From IMG/VR virus record IMGVR_UViG_3300008954_000065, positions 1-57,291 of that record: 57,291 nt of DNA; one strand, given 5' to 3'. Shown here in pieces: positions 55,590 through 57,291 of the stretch. Every line of letters begins with the position of its first letter. Within the stretch, counting starts at the first letter, position 1. The notes under the pieces are model-generated. The model did no database searches. It saw only the letters and a list, made by a program, of their open reading frames with translations, and was not told the origin of the DNA. The translations under genes and the position numbers were made by a program. The DNA comes from a virus (taxonomy: Duplodnaviria; Caudoviricetes).

Positions 55590-56756
55590 TTAAGCATCCA
55601 GTTGCCCGATGCAGCCTCTGTCCCTATCAATCAAATAAGCCGACAGCACACGTTTGCTGCCCACAAATCCTTTGCGACTGTGCCATCGGTCTGTCCCGGA
55701 TAGGCTCCCCATCTGGTACATCATCACGCCTTTGTGTTCTTTGACTTGCTGGTGGTGGAGGTGGCCCGAGAATACCATCCGGTGTTCTGCCTCGCCCCAT
55801 TCTTGCGCAGCCTCATACGCCATGATGCCTGGGATATCCGTACTCCTGGCGTTGTCGCCATGGGTTACGCAAATCAGGCTATTGCCATAAGTCACGTACT
55901 GTCGCTCCGCAGGGGTCGTGGTTGTGGTCATCCCTTCCGTATCCTTATACATATGGGTCAGCAGAGTCATCAGCCCCAGGCTAGAAGTCCGGTCATGGTT
56001 ACCCGGCATGAATATCAGGTTGATGCTAGGGCAAAAAGAGCGCAGCATCTCCACGAAGTCCACAAAGAGCTGGCAGCCTTCAGAGAAAATCTGCGCATAG
56101 CTGCCATCCGTATCCTGTGGCGTACCGGCAGTTGTGGTCGCGCTGTCTGTGTCGATATGGAACCAGTCTGAACCAACTCCAACGTGCATCACATCCGGCT
56201 GGCCATACTTGGCCACCAAACTCAGCAGGTCATCTGTCCGCTGCATCAGGAGCGTTCTTGCCTCATCCCGCGAATATCCCGTGTTGGTTTCAACTGACCA
56301 CCCGTATTTCCCATAGTGAAAATCAGTCGGCGTACAGAAAACCGCAAATGGGTCTTGGTCCTTCTTTAGCCTTAGCCTTGGAAGTCTAGGTGGCGGCTCT
56401 AGCTGGATATCCTGTATTGGCAGTCGGTCGCCTTCAATCGCACGGATATGCCTATATATCCAGCCTTCGATTATGCGGGGTCTGCGTTTGTCTGTCTTAA
56501 TCACATAGACATCACGCGGTGCGTCATAGTAACCCCTGTCTGCATCATGGGCCTGGTTGCGCTCGTCAGACTCATGGAGAGCCTCTATATCATCCAGAAC
56601 CGATTCCCTGTTACCATCATCCACTTTGTAAACATACGTGCCGCGCAGGGTGTCCCACTTGCGCTCAATCGTTCCTCTGCGCCCACGTTTGCGCAACGCT
56701 TCCGGGGAAGATATCCCCAAAAGGCGCGCAGCATCCACTGCCTTATGCCATGCCAT
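55590..56756 (-). CDS. Calcineurin-like metallophosphoesterase with N-terminal HTH-like segment
   Basis: DFHYG, GSDWFH, GNHD, HGD, GHLH motifs; AARLLGIS..ALRKR N-terminus. Confidence 0.85.
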   Translation of the reverse strand: MAWHKAVDAARLLGISSPEALRKRGRRGTIERKWDTLRGTYVYKVDDGNRESVLDDIEALHESDERNQAHDADRGYYDAPRDVYVIKTDKRRPRIIEGWIYRHIRAIEGDRLPIQDIQLEPPPRLPRLRLKKDQDPFAVFCTPTDFHYGKYGWSVETNTGYSRDEARTLLMQRTDDLLSLVAKYGQPDVMHVGVGSDWFHIDTDSATTTAGTPQDTDGSYAQIFSEGCQLFVDFVEMLRSFCPSINLIFMPGNHDRTSSLGLMTLLTHMYKDTEGMTTTTTPAERQYVTYGNSLICVTHGDNARSTDIPGIMAYEAAQEWGEAEHRMVFSGHLHHQQVKEHKGVMMYQMGSLSGTDRWHSRKGFVGSKRVLSAYLIDRDRGCIGQLDA

Positions 56757-56757
56757 A

Positions 56758-56991
56758 TCAACCGTCCTCTGGGTTTACCACGTTCGATTCAATCACGTTT
56801 AAGCATTGAACCGGGGTGCGCTCAGGGAATGATAGCGCCATCTCCTTGCCTAGGTGAGCCATTAGAAATCTGGCATCCACACTCGAATGCACATAGAGCT
56901 GCACCCGCCAACCCTCACCCTCGTCTTCAGGCTCACAACCTACAGGACATATTTTAACTATCATGTATTCACCCATGACGCTCTGCGTCAA
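56758..56991 (-). CDS. Hypothetical protein
   Basis: ORF ending just before phosphoesterase start. Confidence 0.5.
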   Translation of the reverse strand: MTQSVMGEYMIVKICPVGCEPEDEGEGWRVQLYVHSSVDARFLMAHLGKEMALSFPERTPVQCLNVIESNVVNPEDG

Positions 56992-57291
56992 CTAACCGTC
57001 ACGCTGCCAGGTGCAGCAAGCTCATGTTAACGGGCCGAACGCCCATTCGGTAACAGAATTTTTTTGGGGAAAATTTGGCAACAGAATTTGGTGTGGGATT
57101 TTTTCGGGGGGTAATATAGAGAGAAGTGGGTGGGATTGGGGGGCATCCCCCCTATCCCTCAATATTCCCATACGTTCTACGTTAATTGAGCTTTCGCGAA
57201 AAGTAGAATAAAATAGAGCATTTATTCCTAATTTTGCATTCGTTTCTGGTGTTCTGGTGTTTTTGTTTTTGTTTTAGTATCTTATCGTTTC

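Larger units (their letters stand above)
1..57291. mobile_element. Tailed dsDNA bacteriophage genome (siphovirus-like), probably near complete
   Basis: Terminase, portal, protease, HK97 capsid, tail and lysis genes plus replication/recombination modules; no host housekeeping genes. Confidence 0.97.

Noticed and set aside
1-57291. Direct terminal repeats
   Set aside because: No sequence match seen between the two window ends

Overview
This window looks like a complete or near-complete ~57 kb tailed dsDNA phage genome (Caudoviricetes; HK97-type head, long non-contractile tail), read in the standard genetic code. (i) 1-~6.5 kb: small, mostly unknown rightward early genes. The first ~3.6 kb are strongly CGCG/GATC-rich and end in a dense repeat block. 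(ii) 6.5-8.3 kb: leftward replication module with an initiator-like gene split around four palindromic iterons, plus a DnaC/IstB-like loader. (iii) 8.4-18.2 kb: rightward recombination and DNA-metabolism genes (YqaJ exonuclease, RecT-like annealase, RuvC-like resolvase, SSB, dUTPase, UvrD-like helicase). (iv) 18.3-53.6 kb: leftward late operon with ParB-methyltransferase, TerL, portal, protease, MCP, connectors, two tail-tube paralogues, frameshifted chaperones, tape measure, two Dit-like paralogues, many fibre/lectin-domain proteins and an amidase endolysin. (v) 53.7-57.3 kb: a divergent cluster with a TerS-like gene, then a metallophosphoesterase. I recognised no integrase, repressor, DNA polymerase, reverse transcriptase, tRNA or CRISPR array. 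The best candidate for an undescribed system is the left-end architecture: a compositionally distinct leader, a repeat boundary, a polar TTGCCGYACAG motif that extends into downstream genes, and GATC-laden promoters. This may reflect staged genome entry or methylation-linked early control, which is inference only. All product calls come from motif recognition; no searches were run.
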